Virus record (IMG/VR): IMGVR_UViG_3300028888_000116
Span: 10,224-74,223 of that record
DNA length: 64,000 nt
Origin: a virus
Taxonomy: Duplodnaviria > Caudoviricetes
Direction: 5' to 3' (one strand)
This document shows positions 44,953 through 57,500 of this stretch, piece after piece. Positions within the stretch are counted from its first letter, which is position 1. Every line of letters begins with the position of its first letter. A program made the translations under genes and the position numbers. Under the pieces are notes generated by a model that saw only the letters and a list, made by a program, of their open reading frames with translations, ran no database searches and was not told the DNA's origin.

Positions 44953-45330
44953 ATGGATATTAAGAAAGCAAAATCAGTTCAGATGGTTACACCAAAATAT
45001 GGATTTGCAATTTATGATAAAGACTGGAAAGATAATCCTACAGAGCCAGTCGTTCACTTTTTAATCAAAAATATAAGAAAAGATGGAACTGTCTGGTACC
45101 AGCAGACACCTGGTTGGTATGTTTCTACTCTTCTTGAAAAAACACCTCATTGTAAAGACCTTCACGACGAAAATGAAATTGGACTCTATATCGACTATGG
45201 ACAGAATTGGTTTATTCCAGCTGGCCCATATTCAATAATGTGGGATTATCTTGAAGAATATTCAGATAATAATGGAGCAGAATCAATCTGTTATCACGAT
45301 TCAAATGTTTTAAACGGAGAAATTTGGTAA
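44953..45330 (+). CDS. Hypothetical protein
   Basis: 125 aa, after the promoter/RBS. Confidence 0.75.
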   Translation: MDIKKAKSVQMVTPKYGFAIYDKDWKDNPTEPVVHFLIKNIRKDGTVWYQQTPGWYVSTLLEKTPHCKDLHDENEIGLYIDYGQNWFIPAGPYSIMWDYLEEYSDNNGAESICYHDSNVLNGEIW

Positions 45331-45755
45331 TGATTTTCTATATTGAGTCAGCAGAGAATACATATCAAGTTTTCAGCGGAGATTTTTCTTGTGGAACTGA
45401 TGAAGTTGGCTATCAAAATGGTTTCTTCAATTTGAATGTATTTCGTGGTTCTTCAAAAAATGATACTTTCTATGTAAAAGGCCACGCATTTGATACTCTG
45501 AAGTTTGCGAGAAATGATATTATTTATTTAAAAGAAGCTGGGAAAATTGCAGACCGGCGCATTTATGAAATGATACCTTTTTGGTATACAAAGTATACGA
45601 AGTATGGTGATGAAGAAGAAAGAGAAAAGTTTATAAGGGAGAATTTTAATCTGCCTTTACAATATATTGATTCAATAGAAGAATCTGAAGCAATAATTAA
45701 ATCCGTTGTTGAGGTGGTAGGACTTTGGGAAAAAAGGAGTTATTATGGAACTTAG
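45324..45755 (+). CDS. Hypothetical protein
   Basis: About 141-143 aa, coupled to its neighbours; the start may be 45330. Confidence 0.7.
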   Translation: MVMIFYIESAENTYQVFSGDFSCGTDEVGYQNGFFNLNVFRGSSKNDTFYVKGHAFDTLKFARNDIIYLKEAGKIADRRIYEMIPFWYTKYTKYGDEEEREKFIRENFNLPLQYIDSIEESEAIIKSVVEVVGLWEKRSYYGT

Positions 45756-46230
45756 TAAAGAAGAAATCAAACTTTTAAGTGAAGAAATCGCTAAGAAACT
45801 CAATGAGAATATTCAGTTTCAGCCAGCAGATTCTCAGCCTTTGAATACGAAAGAATCATTCCAAAGATTTTTTGATAAAAGAGAAAAATATCTTTTGAAT
45901 TTGCCGATTGCTGAAATTGCCTATATGTTCTATCTACAGGGAATTTCTGATGGGCCAAAAATCAAGAACGATATTTCTATGGAAGAACTAATTTCAGAAA
46001 TTGAAGCTGATACATTTATTGAATCAGTAAAAGGCTGGATTAGTATGAAAGACAATGGAACAAACCCACTTCCAAATAACCCTATCGTAGAGGTTGTAAA
46101 AAAGATTATTCCTTGTACAAATTGTCAGAGTTTGTATGATGGATATTGTGATGGCGATGAATGTCTTGAACAGGAAAAAGTTGAAGAAATTAATCTTGAA
46201 AAGCAGATAAAGGAGAACGCTGAATGTTAA
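45745..46230 (+). CDS. Hypothetical protein with C-terminal Cys cluster
   Basis: 161 aa, AAGGAG RBS, CTNC...C...C. Confidence 0.7.
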   Translation: MELSKEEIKLLSEEIAKKLNENIQFQPADSQPLNTKESFQRFFDKREKYLLNLPIAEIAYMFYLQGISDGPKIKNDISMEELISEIEADTFIESVKGWISMKDNGTNPLPNNPIVEVVKKIIPCTNCQSLYDGYCDGDECLEQEKVEEINLEKQIKENAEC

Positions 46231-46673
46231 CTATTTTAATCGTTACGGGGATTGGAGTTATTATAAATATTACTTGCTACTTAATTAGCAAAAAGACAAG
46301 CGATATAAATTTATTGGTCGCAGTTTGTTGTTTGATTTTATTCTTATGTGCAGCGTTTGGTTCAGTAACTTCTACTGAACATTTAAAAGCAACAATTGAA
46401 GTTGATTCAAAACCTAAATCAATAAAAATTGCTGATATTCGTATTGAGTGTTCTAATTGTGGGAATAAATTATGGGCTTCAGAAAATAAATATTGTAGTG
46501 AATGTGGAAATGAAATTTTAAATAATAATAATTTCACTGCTATCATATATTATTGTCCTTTCTGTAAAGAAATCACTACTACCTCAAAAAATTATTGTGA
46601 AAATTGTGGACATAATATGATGGAAATTAATTCCCAATTAAAACGAAAAGATGTTAATATTAAAAAGAGGTAA
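46224..46673 (+). CDS. Membrane-anchored double zinc-ribbon protein
   Basis: Two N-terminal TMs, then CSNCG..YCSECG and CPFC..YCENCG. Confidence 0.75.
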   Translation: MLTILIVTGIGVIINITCYLISKKTSDINLLVAVCCLILFLCAAFGSVTSTEHLKATIEVDSKPKSIKIADIRIECSNCGNKLWASENKYCSECGNEILNNNNFTAIIYYCPFCKEITTTSKNYCENCGHNMMEINSQLKRKDVNIKKR

Positions 46674-46678
46674 TAAAA

Positions 46679-47188
46679 ATGAAAGTTATTTGTAAAGGAG
46701 ATTTCCCAGTTTACCTTGTAAATCAGATTCAGCATATTTTTAAGACTGAATATATTTCAACTCCAGTTGGATTCAGATTTACTTTTGATAATAAGCCATT
46801 GGAGTTTTTGTTTGATAAAGATTTTTCTGATAATTCTCTTGTTCCAACTCTTGAAGATGTTTATATTGGAGATGGTCAGAATCTTCTTGAAAATAAATAT
46901 GCAAATTCCGCGAAATTTTCCATTTCAGCTAATGGCGCCAATAATTATTATGATATGAGTTGGTCAATACATAATGCAGGTGATTGGTTTAGAATTATTG
47001 TTTTAATTTATGCTCGTCTTTATGGTGATTCTGATTATGAATTCGTAAGAAAATTATATGACCTTTGTGAGCAAACCTTGAGAATGAACTCAAGATTCTT
47101 TGTAAAATTTGATGAAGAAAAATATAAGTCTTTTAATTCAGCTTATTTATTCTTCCAAAATTACTTAGATAGTTTTATTGAATATTAA
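46679..47188 (+). CDS. Hypothetical protein
   Basis: 169 aa, GAGG RBS. Confidence 0.75.
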   Translation: MKVICKGDFPVYLVNQIQHIFKTEYISTPVGFRFTFDNKPLEFLFDKDFSDNSLVPTLEDVYIGDGQNLLENKYANSAKFSISANGANNYYDMSWSIHNAGDWFRIIVLIYARLYGDSDYEFVRKLYDLCEQTLRMNSRFFVKFDEEKYKSFNSAYLFFQNYLDSFIEY

Positions 47189-47381
47189 GGGGAAAATTGT
47201 GGGATTCTATTATATTATAAATAATGATTCAGATAATGAACAGAAAGTTTTTAAGAATTGGAATGAAATGGCTGAATATTTTGAAATAAAAGATTATGGG
47301 CCATTGGGAGATGCCTTAGAAAAAGGGACACCAATTCAAAAAAACGGAAAGAATTGGTATATTGATATTTTTATTCACTAA
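47178..47381 (+). CDS. Hypothetical protein
   Basis: 67 aa, TTG start uncertain. Confidence 0.55.
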   Translation: MNIKGKIVGFYYIINNDSDNEQKVFKNWNEMAEYFEIKDYGPLGDALEKGTPIQKNGKNWYIDIFIH

Positions 47382-47418
47382 AAATAAAGGTCGGGATTTT
47401 CCCGACCTCCTTTATTTT
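47381..47418. terminator. Bidirectional terminator
   Basis: AGGTCGGGA-ttt-TCCCGACCT, extended by AAAATAAAGG/CCTTTATTTT, between convergent genes. Confidence 0.8.
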
Positions 47419-48439
47419 AAAGATATTTTAATAAAATATCTGGTCGCTTGGTATAAGCTTTTATAAAATCGGAAATTGAGAATCCATATTTTTCAAGTAA
47501 TTTTGGCAGCTTCTTTCTCAATGTATTCGTAAATCTTAATCCATACTTATTGTGGAATTCCCAATCTTCAATACCTAAATCTTTTGGCTCTCCGTAAATC
47601 TTTTTGGCACATTCTTCTGCTTTCAAGTCGGGATATTCAATTAATCCTTTAACACATTTCTTTACATCTTCATCAAACTTTTCATCTGATGTAATTCGCT
47701 TCCAAGCATCAATGAATTCTGATAATTCAGAATCACCAATTACTTCATTTTCAAGGTTATATTGTGAGCCATTTGACTGAGCTTGAGAATCAAGAATATA
47801 ATCTGAGTATTTTCCATTATCAGCATCACCCCTTGAGTGATTTCCATTTAATTCATTATCAAGAGAAGTTGATTTAATTTTAATATTCTTCTCATTTTTT
47901 CCTTTAATATTTCCAGCTTCATCTGTGTCCCAAGTAGAAACTCCGTGAGAATCTTTTTCAGCCTTAATAGATGTAGCCATATTTTTAAGATATTGAAGAT
48001 AATAATATTTAAACTTATTTACTTTATCGCCTTCTTCAAAAATATCAGATTTAAATGTAGATAATGGAGATTTAAGAGTAATTTCACCCATTCTATTTAA
48101 ATATCCATTTTTAAGAAGTGCATAAGCTTCAGCAATAAAATCTTCATATTCACCACTTTTTACGGCTTGGTTGAAATAATATGAATCTGGTCCAGTATAT
48201 GTTTTGAATGCTTTAAAAATAGCTGGGCCTGATTTCAAGAAAAGATAGTTGATTGCAGAAGGTTCACCTTTCTTTGCAGCTTTGAAAAGAAGACTTTCTG
48301 GCTCATCTGCCCATTCTTCTTCAGCTTCAGCCTTTTCTGATGGAGAAAGATAATTAGCTACTTCAAAACCATTAAATTTCATTTCGCCAAAATCTTCTCT
48401 CATTGGTATTTTACCGAATATTGCTTCTATTAATTTCAT
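47417..48439 (-). CDS. Sigma70-family-like factor under late-type promoter motifs
   Basis: LLFKAAKKGEPSAINYLF...EDFIAEAYALL...STFKSD...KFKYYYLQYLKN (region 2-like) and LKAEECAKKIYG...LRKKLPKLL (region 4-like). Class L motifs at 48484-48477 and 48475-48468. Confidence 0.6.
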   Translation of the reverse strand: MKLIEAIFGKIPMREDFGEMKFNGFEVANYLSPSEKAEAEEEWADEPESLLFKAAKKGEPSAINYLFLKSGPAIFKAFKTYTGPDSYYFNQAVKSGEYEDFIAEAYALLKNGYLNRMGEITLKSPLSTFKSDIFEEGDKVNKFKYYYLQYLKNMATSIKAEKDSHGVSTWDTDEAGNIKGKNEKNIKIKSTSLDNELNGNHSRGDADNGKYSDYILDSQAQSNGSQYNLENEVIGDSELSEFIDAWKRITSDEKFDEDVKKCVKGLIEYPDLKAEECAKKIYGEPKDLGIEDWEFHNKYGLRFTNTLRKKLPKLLEKYGFSISDFIKAYTKRPDILLKYL

Positions 48440-48538
48440 TTGTTTTTTCCTAAAATAATATAATAAATATTTAGTTTATCTAGTCCTGTGAGATTCTTCT
48501 AATCAACTAATTTATAGATATAATAAAAAGGGAAAATA

Positions 48539-51500
48539 ATGAGTAGATTCACTTCAACATCAGAATTTGACATTAATCGAAGAGTTCAAATTACAAATGA
48601 AACTCCTGTTTACAATCTTTTTGAAGCACTTAATAGTACAATGCAGAACGATTTCTATGAATGGTTTATTGGAAACCAGGAAATCAGATATGATGTGCCT
48701 TATTCAATTAAACAGGAAAATCCTAATGGAAAATATGAAGATAACTCTGTAGCTGGAACAGTCGGAAGATTTGATATTATTCGCGACAATCAAGAATCTG
48801 ATGGCCCAACAAAGTTTGATAGACTTGAAAAGAATCAAGTTTATTATAAATATGTAAATGGTGGAGTTTCTCCAATTTATGGTCCAAAGCCAAAATCAGA
48901 ATTAGATGGCCCAAATACTCATTATCATTCTATGAAGCTGACTGGCGTTTTGATACCAGAGTTTGATTTACTTTTACATCATTCATATAGATACCTTGAG
49001 TGTTTATATCCCGACCACCCTGACTGGACATATCTTTTAACTCCAACAGAGTTCAATGACCAGATTAGAGCAGCAGGAAAAATTATAGATTATATTCCAA
49101 AAAACCTCTTTTTCGATAAAGTTGCTAAATCTTTAAGTAAGAGTTTTACAAATGATGAACTCATTGATGAAGCATCTATGATTAAAATTCATAACTTAAA
49201 AGATGAAGCATATAGAAGAAAATTTTATGGAACTTATGCTGGATATAAAATGATTGGTAATGACATTTTCCAGCATATTTCAGTATTCCCAGTTGCAACG
49301 TATCTTCCAATTAAGCCAGTTACTGAATCATATGATAATAAAACTCTTGAAGAATTGAGTAGAGATTTTGGAGAGAACTTCAAAACAAGAGCTGAATGGG
49401 AATATTATGAAAAAACTCAATTAAGAAAAATTGATACATTCTCAAGTATTTATTCAAATAAATTTAAATTAATAGATTATCAACCAAAGATGTATGGAAA
49501 CTTCGCTGGATATAAAACATTCAGATATTTTACAACTCTCTGGTCTAATGATATTTACGAATTTATAGAAGATTATTCAGATATTACACTTCAATCTTCA
49601 AATATTTCTCAAACTGCTGTAATTAAGGATGCTGCAAATATCACTTATCAAATTACTAATAATGGAGTTCACGGAATCTATTATTATGAAGATAAGGGGC
49701 CAAATGTAAGCCCAATTTCTATTACAAAAGAAAATGAAAGTATAGATTTATCTTATTATGTTTCAGTTGATGAAATACTCCCTAAATCAGAAATTGAGTT
49801 TGAAGTATTTAATCTTTTTGATTCATACGTTACTGAAGAAAACGGAATTAAAAAGATAAACTTACCAGAGACAGATACTACTTATTATCCTTTACTTATG
49901 CAGATGATTGCTCCTAATGAGATTGAGCAGCCAGTATGGAATAATATTTTTAAAACATTCCCAAAGGAAATTAAGAAAACATATAAAAATCCTTTAGTTA
50001 GAGATTCTTTATATCTTGACCCAGAGTCAACTCTTAAATGTTATAGAAATGATAAATTCTATAATAATGTAATTACAAAAGAAGCTCAAGATATTTATAA
50101 GATTTATAAGACAAAAAATAAGGATAGAGTTGATGCAGCTCTTCTTTATAGTTTCACACCGGGATTCTTCAAATGTAGATTTAATGAAGGTCTTGAAACA
50201 AGCGACCAGAGCCTTTTTGGAACTGGAGTTTTCTCAATTTCCATTATGAATAAAAATGATGAAGAATTCATTTTTACAGCAAAGGGAAGTATTGATATTG
50301 AAATCTTAAATAGTTCTTCTCTTTATACATTTGGTGGTAACTTTAGAATCTTAACTGTGCCTCAATTAGTTGATGAAACTTCAAAATTGGCTACAGCTTA
50401 TTATACTCCAATCGTAGAGCCAATTCAGAACTATGAAAGATTTTTTGATAGTGAAACTGGAGAAATCTTAATTGATAAGAAATGTAAAATCGTTAAGATT
50501 TGTAGAATTGATGGAATTGGAGCAAATGATTGTGAAATAGATGCTCCACAAATTCAATTTAAGCCTATACCTTTCTTATTTGATTCGTTCAGATTTGAAG
50601 ATTTGAATTTTGGTTGGGGAAATTTCTTACCATTAATTGAAGATAGCTTCTTTAGATTTGATGAAGCACATATTAGATTAGAAGATGTTTTATGTGGAGA
50701 AACTGATGTTTATCACGTATCTCCATTAACTTCAAATGTATTCTATAATATGGGATATTTCGTTGATAATTTATATGGAAATACTACCCTTTATGCTAAA
50801 TCAGAATTAAATGAATCAATAAAAAATTATATTAAAAAGAATTTGGATTCATTCAACTTATATCCATCTGACTCACAAGAAGAAATAGAGATTGAAGGTA
50901 GAGTAGACCTTACAATCGAAGGCGGAGATAATTTAATCACATTTGAATCTGCTGCTTCAAAAGAAAGAATAAATACTCTTTCTATTGGAGATATTGTCAC
51001 TGGAAACTGTGTTGATAGTGATGATGAAATTGTATTCATTACTGAAATTGGCTCTGATTATATTAGAGTAAGTAATAAATTACTTACATCGGGAACATTT
51101 GTTTTCAAATTTAATATTAAAGTAAACTCAGTAAAGGTTACCGAAGATAAGCCAATGGACTTCATTGATAGATTAAAAGGAGTAAATGAGTATGAATTTT
51201 ATAACCCATTCTATCACGGAATTTATAGCCCATATAATAGTACTAAGAGAGCTTCAAAGGCTTATGTAAATGGAATTTCAAATATCAATAGCTGGAGACC
51301 TTATATTGAAGGCGGAAGATATAATGATGTATTCTATGCTACTCATAATTTTGAGGAAATAGAAGGTCAGCGACTTATTCCATCTACAATTAAATTTGCA
51401 AATGATTTATTTGTAGAATATAACGCAGATAAGATTCTTTATTATCCAACTCGTTCTGGTAAAGAAGAATGTTTGATGAGTGTTGAATGGCTCGATTATC

Positions 51501-54500
51501 TTGAAAATAAAGTAAATGAAGCATCAAGATTATCAGATAACATCAATGTTGGTGTTTGTGTTTCACTTCAAACTGATTCTTCTGGTAATGTTACAACAGA
51601 TACAAATATTAATTCTCAATTTAGAATTATGAAAGGCATTTGGGGAAAGACTGGTGGAAAGGCGGATTTCCCAATGTACGCTAGAGTAGGAAATGGAAGT
51701 AAAACATTTAAATCATATTCAGTATCATCTATTTACTCTGGTACTGGAAAATCTGTTTATGGAAATTCCAAATACTCTCAAGAAACAACAGACTATAATT
51801 TTAAGGATAATATCGACCCTGACGGAGATGTAATTTCTCCAACAATGGATTACTATGGAGATAATGAAAATATCAGAAATACTATTGAAGCTAAACAAGT
51901 AATTTATAAAGATATTGATAACGCTTTATTTGAAGTAAGCTTCGGTGAGAATGATATTTTATCAAATTATAGTGTTGAAAATAAATTATATACTCTTATT
52001 CAAGTAAATATTTATAAACAAAATTTCAAAAATCTTTTGAAATACTCTACTTTTGAATGCAAGAGATGGGAAGAACAAGGTGGAGAATACGGAAAATATT
52101 TAGTTGATGAAGATAACGATAATAGATGGATTAAACTCTTAAATATTTCTGATAAAACAAGAAATATATTTGAAAGTGTTAGTAAACTCTTTGAGGTACC
52201 TGAAGAAGTAGAATTGCCTCAAGGTATCAGTAGAAATTCTGTATTCAAGAATGTTAATCAAGATTTACCAACATATATGGGACATTGGAGTCCTGCTTCA
52301 GAAAAAGAAAATGAAAATGATGATAATTCTAAAATGGTTATCAAAAAGCCAGATACATCAAATTTCACATTTACTGAAAATAAAATTTATTATTGGATTG
52401 CTGATACTGCAGCTAAAATCCAACTTTGGAATGAAGATACCCAAAGAAATGAAGAATTCGAAGTTTCTGATTCAGCAATCTTAACTGCTATTTTAACTGC
52501 ATCTGGTAGAATTGATGATATTGAAAATGCTGAGCCTGGTAGAGACATTAATGAAGCGAAAGTTATTTGGGATATTAAGAATTTCAAATATTGTAATAAC
52601 TTCGGCTCTGCAGATGATGATGAAGTTAATACAAGATATAATAGATTGAATATAGATGAGCCAGAAGAAGATTATATTTATTCTGAAATTGGGCATACTT
52701 ATGAAAGACTTTATGGTGAAGATATATTCTTGCAATTCATACTACAATCTTTAGGAATTTTCGGAAATGAAGAAACACTAAAACAATGTACTTATTCTCT
52801 TGATGAAAGATACCAGACAATGGTAGAAAATAATGAATCAATTACATTTGAATCTTATAGTGATTTCTTAAAAGATACAACTCCTTTTGAACTTTGCTTG
52901 ATTAAACATATTGATACTCTTGAATATACTGATGGAGATTTCAGAAATCTTGTATTTAAAGAGTGCTTGAAATTAATCAAAGATATGGGATATGTTACTT
53001 TAAAAGATGAAGATGAAACTCCTATTGATGATGCAAATAATGATAATATTGATTATCAGAATAAAGTAATGGCAGAATTATTAGATGATGTTGAGAATAT
53101 TGATTTTGCAGCCTCTAATAATGAAATTCCAAAGATATTAGTTTTAAATAATGCTTTAAAGAATTACATTATAATTGAAAATAAAGCGAACCCATTGAAG
53201 ACAGTTAAGATTTGTGATTTGAAAGAAACACTTAGAGTAGCTGAATTCTCATTAAGAGCAATGGATTATGTAAAACCAGAAGATGATGAGAATGCACCAG
53301 ATAATTATGCTGATACTGATGAAGCAATTAGAATATTTGGAATTATTGATGAAGATTACTTATTGAAATTCCCATCATTGAACTCTAAAGTAAATATCTT
53401 AAACTTAAGAAAATTTATTGATGAAAATGTATTCTTGTTTACAACAAATGATATTATGATGATTCCAAAGGGAGCTGATTTCCTTGCTGGAAAATTCATA
53501 AAAGAAGATATTATTTGTTTCTTCAAGACAAATGAGCAATTCTATATTTTCAAACTCAATAAGAATGATGTATTCGCTTCAACAATTGAGATTGAAAGAT
53601 TTACAGAATCTGGTGTTTATAATGATGAATGGCTCCGATTAAAAGATGAAAAATATAACTCTATAAGCATTTCTAAAAAGATTAACTCAACATTCAAATT
53701 ACCAAGAAAATATTTGAATGATAATTATGAGTTTGATTTAATCATAAATCCACAATTTATTGGAACTGGATTTGAGTATAAAGAAGATGGAACAATTGAT
53801 AAGTCTACTCCAGTAAAAATTGAAATATCTCGTGGAGCTATTTATTATGATAAAGAAAATGAAGAGTTTTTCACTTGGACTTATGAAGTTGAAGATGCAA
53901 TAAATGTTGTTGAAAAAGATAGACACGAAATTGTTCATAAACACGGTGCAAATGGAAATGAGCTTAAATTAAGAAAATTTGCTATTGAATTCGCTGAAAA
54001 CTCTTATTTCAAGAATATTTTGTATTCTTCTGGTCAGTATTATATTAAAGAAAAAATTGACTCTCAAAATAATAAGATTGAAGAAGCATTCGTATCAGCC
54101 GAAAATGAGCTTAATTTGAATATTGATAAAATATCTTCAAATGATAAGATTCTTGAAGTTAAAGAAGTAAAATTAAGACCATTGAACTCAGGAACAAATG
54201 AAGCATCATTCTTAAGTAATTATTCAGAATTTACTGGAAGAATATCTGGTGTTGATTTTGAAAATAATAAAATTATTTTTGAGCCACAAAATATTACTGA
54301 AAAATCAGAATTACTTACTCAGGTTGAACAATTACTTCCAAGTAGCTTAATTGATGGACAAGTTTCACCAGATGAATTACCAGAAAATAATATTATAGAT
54401 TTTAATGATGAAAGTACACCTGATAAGCCAGTAATTACTCAATCAAGATTTGAAAGATTACCAGTAATAACTAATGTAGAAAATGAATATACATTATCAT

Positions 54501-57500
54501 CTGATTTTAATAAAGGTGAGTTTAAATATTTCAAAAATAATCTTATATTTGTTGGTAGTGTAGATAGAAAGAACCCAAATATTATTACTTATCCAAGAGA
54601 AACAAAATTACAAGAGTGTTATGGTGCAGCTCTTAATCTTATTAAGAATAATGATATTATTCAAAAAGCATACCTATTAGACCCAGTTACAGATGGAAAT
54701 ACTCTTACAGAAAAAACTTTTGTAGTAAATGAAAATGATATATTAGATACTTCCGCTGAAGTATATCGTTCTTCTGATGGAAAGTTCTTTGCTATATTAC
54801 TTAATAATGGTAATTTATCAATTTATACTCAAAATAATATAAATGAAAGTAGAATATCATTTAATTCACCTATTGTAGCAACAAATCTTGGACAAGCAAT
54901 TGGAAATAATTGTCATTTAATGAAAGTTGCTTCTGTTGGTGAATCATATATCGCTGAAGTATCTATTGGAAGTACTTCTGAATCTTCTCTTTATGAAATA
55001 AGACTTGGACCTAATAATACTTATACATATAAAAAATTATTTGGCTCTGAATTTGTGGTTCCAAATTTAAACTCTGATGAATATTTAAGAGTAAATCTTG
55101 AAAGTGTAGAAGACGCAGGCGATAATGATGGAGTACCATATCCACAAGATTATGAAATCATTAAAGCTGAAGATATAAAAGGAACTCTTCAAGAAGAGCC
55201 TCAAAATATTGATTCATCTGAATTGGCAGGAATGGGAATAGCATCAAATATTAATTTGACAAGATATATAGATTATTTTGGTGCAAATAATCCGACAAAT
55301 GCTTATGAGCCAATGGATAATGGAAGATTTATCTATGTTGAAAACAACAGTGGAAATGGCTTATTAGATTCAATAGTAATTAAAGGAACAAAGATATTTA
55401 TTTATTCTAAATTATATAACTATAATGTTGCAACTGGCGCCGAAGAAGGTATGACTGAAAGACCATATTGGCATTCTTTTGATTTATCAACATTTATTTC
55501 AGATACTCGTAATTTATTTGACGGAGTGCCAGGATATGATACTGCTGAAAAGCAGATTCAATTTACAAAAGAATGTGCTACTACAGCTCAACAATATCTC
55601 GATTCTATTGGAGAAACAAACTCATTAAGATATAATATAATAACTAAAATTCTTGAATTCCTTAACGTTGAAGGCCTTGCAGGAATGACTTCAATAAGTT
55701 TATCTAATGAAGTAGATGATGCAAATGGGCCTGGTATAGGATTATATAAAGACACAGTAAATAACTATTATAGTTTCTATACTCAAGATGAGGCTCTCCC
55801 TACTATGAGTTTAAAAGAAGCTCTTATTATTCTTTGTGATTTAATTGGAGCAGGGGATTGCGTTAGAAGAATTATTGACTCTCCAATTAAAGATGCCTAT
55901 ATAAGGGGAACAAAATTATTTATTGTAGAAGAAAATGATACAATTTCTTATATCGAACTTGAAAATCTTTATAGATACTCAGATTATAGTAATTGGGAAA
56001 ATTGGCATAAATTAAACTTACGAGAATTCGTATATTATTCTCTTGATACTAATGGTTATAGCTATAGAATCCAAAATTCAAATGGCCAAGTTGAAACTAT
56101 AAATATTCCTATGAGAACTCAGAATTCAATATTTAATATTGTTGAAGTTGAAGATTCTGATGATGGCTTATTCGTAATGGGTAATATAATTTCTGGTGAT
56201 GAATTAAATAATGGCGCAATACCAGATATTCTCTCATTAACTGAGACTGAGCCTGAAAATAAATTAAACGAATTGAATAATTATTGTTTACAAGGAAGTA
56301 GTATCAGACCGGTAGTATTGAAATTTGAAAATGATAACTTTATAGCAATCTATGGACCTGATGAAGCAGCTAATACTTATATTAGTAATACAATAATATT
56401 TAATAATGAAAGATACTTCTTCGGTTGTTATAATGATGGAACATTATCTACTTATGGAGTTCTGACATTAGAAAATAATACTTTAAAATCTAAAGTTTTA
56501 GATGATAATGATATAATTAGAGACCTCTATAATACTGATGATTATATTGATGAAAATGGCAATATATGCTGGATTACTAAAGGACCAAATCCAAAATATT
56601 TACAGACAGAAAACACAAGTGATATACTCTCAAATATATCAAATAATAGAATAGTAAAAGTTGATAATAATGGAACTATTAAATTAGATAAAGCTATTAT
56701 ACCAATCGGCTATGGAATTGTCAGAATATTGTTCTCAGTTTCTACTCAGGAAGATATTACTGATAACAAGGTTTGTGTACCAACTGATGGTTCTTTTGAT
56801 AGTCTTTATTATACTGATGAAAAAGAATTTGATGTAATAAAGACATTGGAATATTCTGAAACTGATTCATTCCATAATGCTGATAGAGTTTACTCTTTCA
56901 ATCAGCAGAAATATAATGGAAGATTAGTAGATGATGGAGAAGATGCAGAAGAAAATAATCCATATTATTTCCCATATCTTCCGCCTTCACCTGATAATCC
57001 ATATTATGAAGAAACAGAATTATTGAATGACTCAGGAAATCCAATTAAATATTGTTCTTCAGCTGGATTATATGATATAGCTGGTGAAATAGCTAGAACC
57101 CCTAAGTATTATTCTATTGAATCTTTAAATAAAGATATTACTCAAAGAATTGAATTAACTGAAATAGATGCTACTACTTCATCAATTAATTCTATTAAAT
57201 ATTCATCAAGTCCATTCGCGGATATTGATGCGGATAATTTAGGTATATTCAAAAATTATTTAATTTCTGGTGACCTTGAAATTGGAAGTTTTATAGAAAG
57301 AAACTTTACAGTCAGACCAGATACAACTTATGATATTGAAGGAGCAATAGAAAACTCTATTACAAATAATGAGCCATTATTTATAGTAGATGATAATGAG
57401 TTTATTCTTAAAAAATTACCTGAAGAAGAATCTGATGATTCAGCTCCATTATATTTATATAACTCTACTCGTGGATATTTCTTACTCGATAGTGATATTT

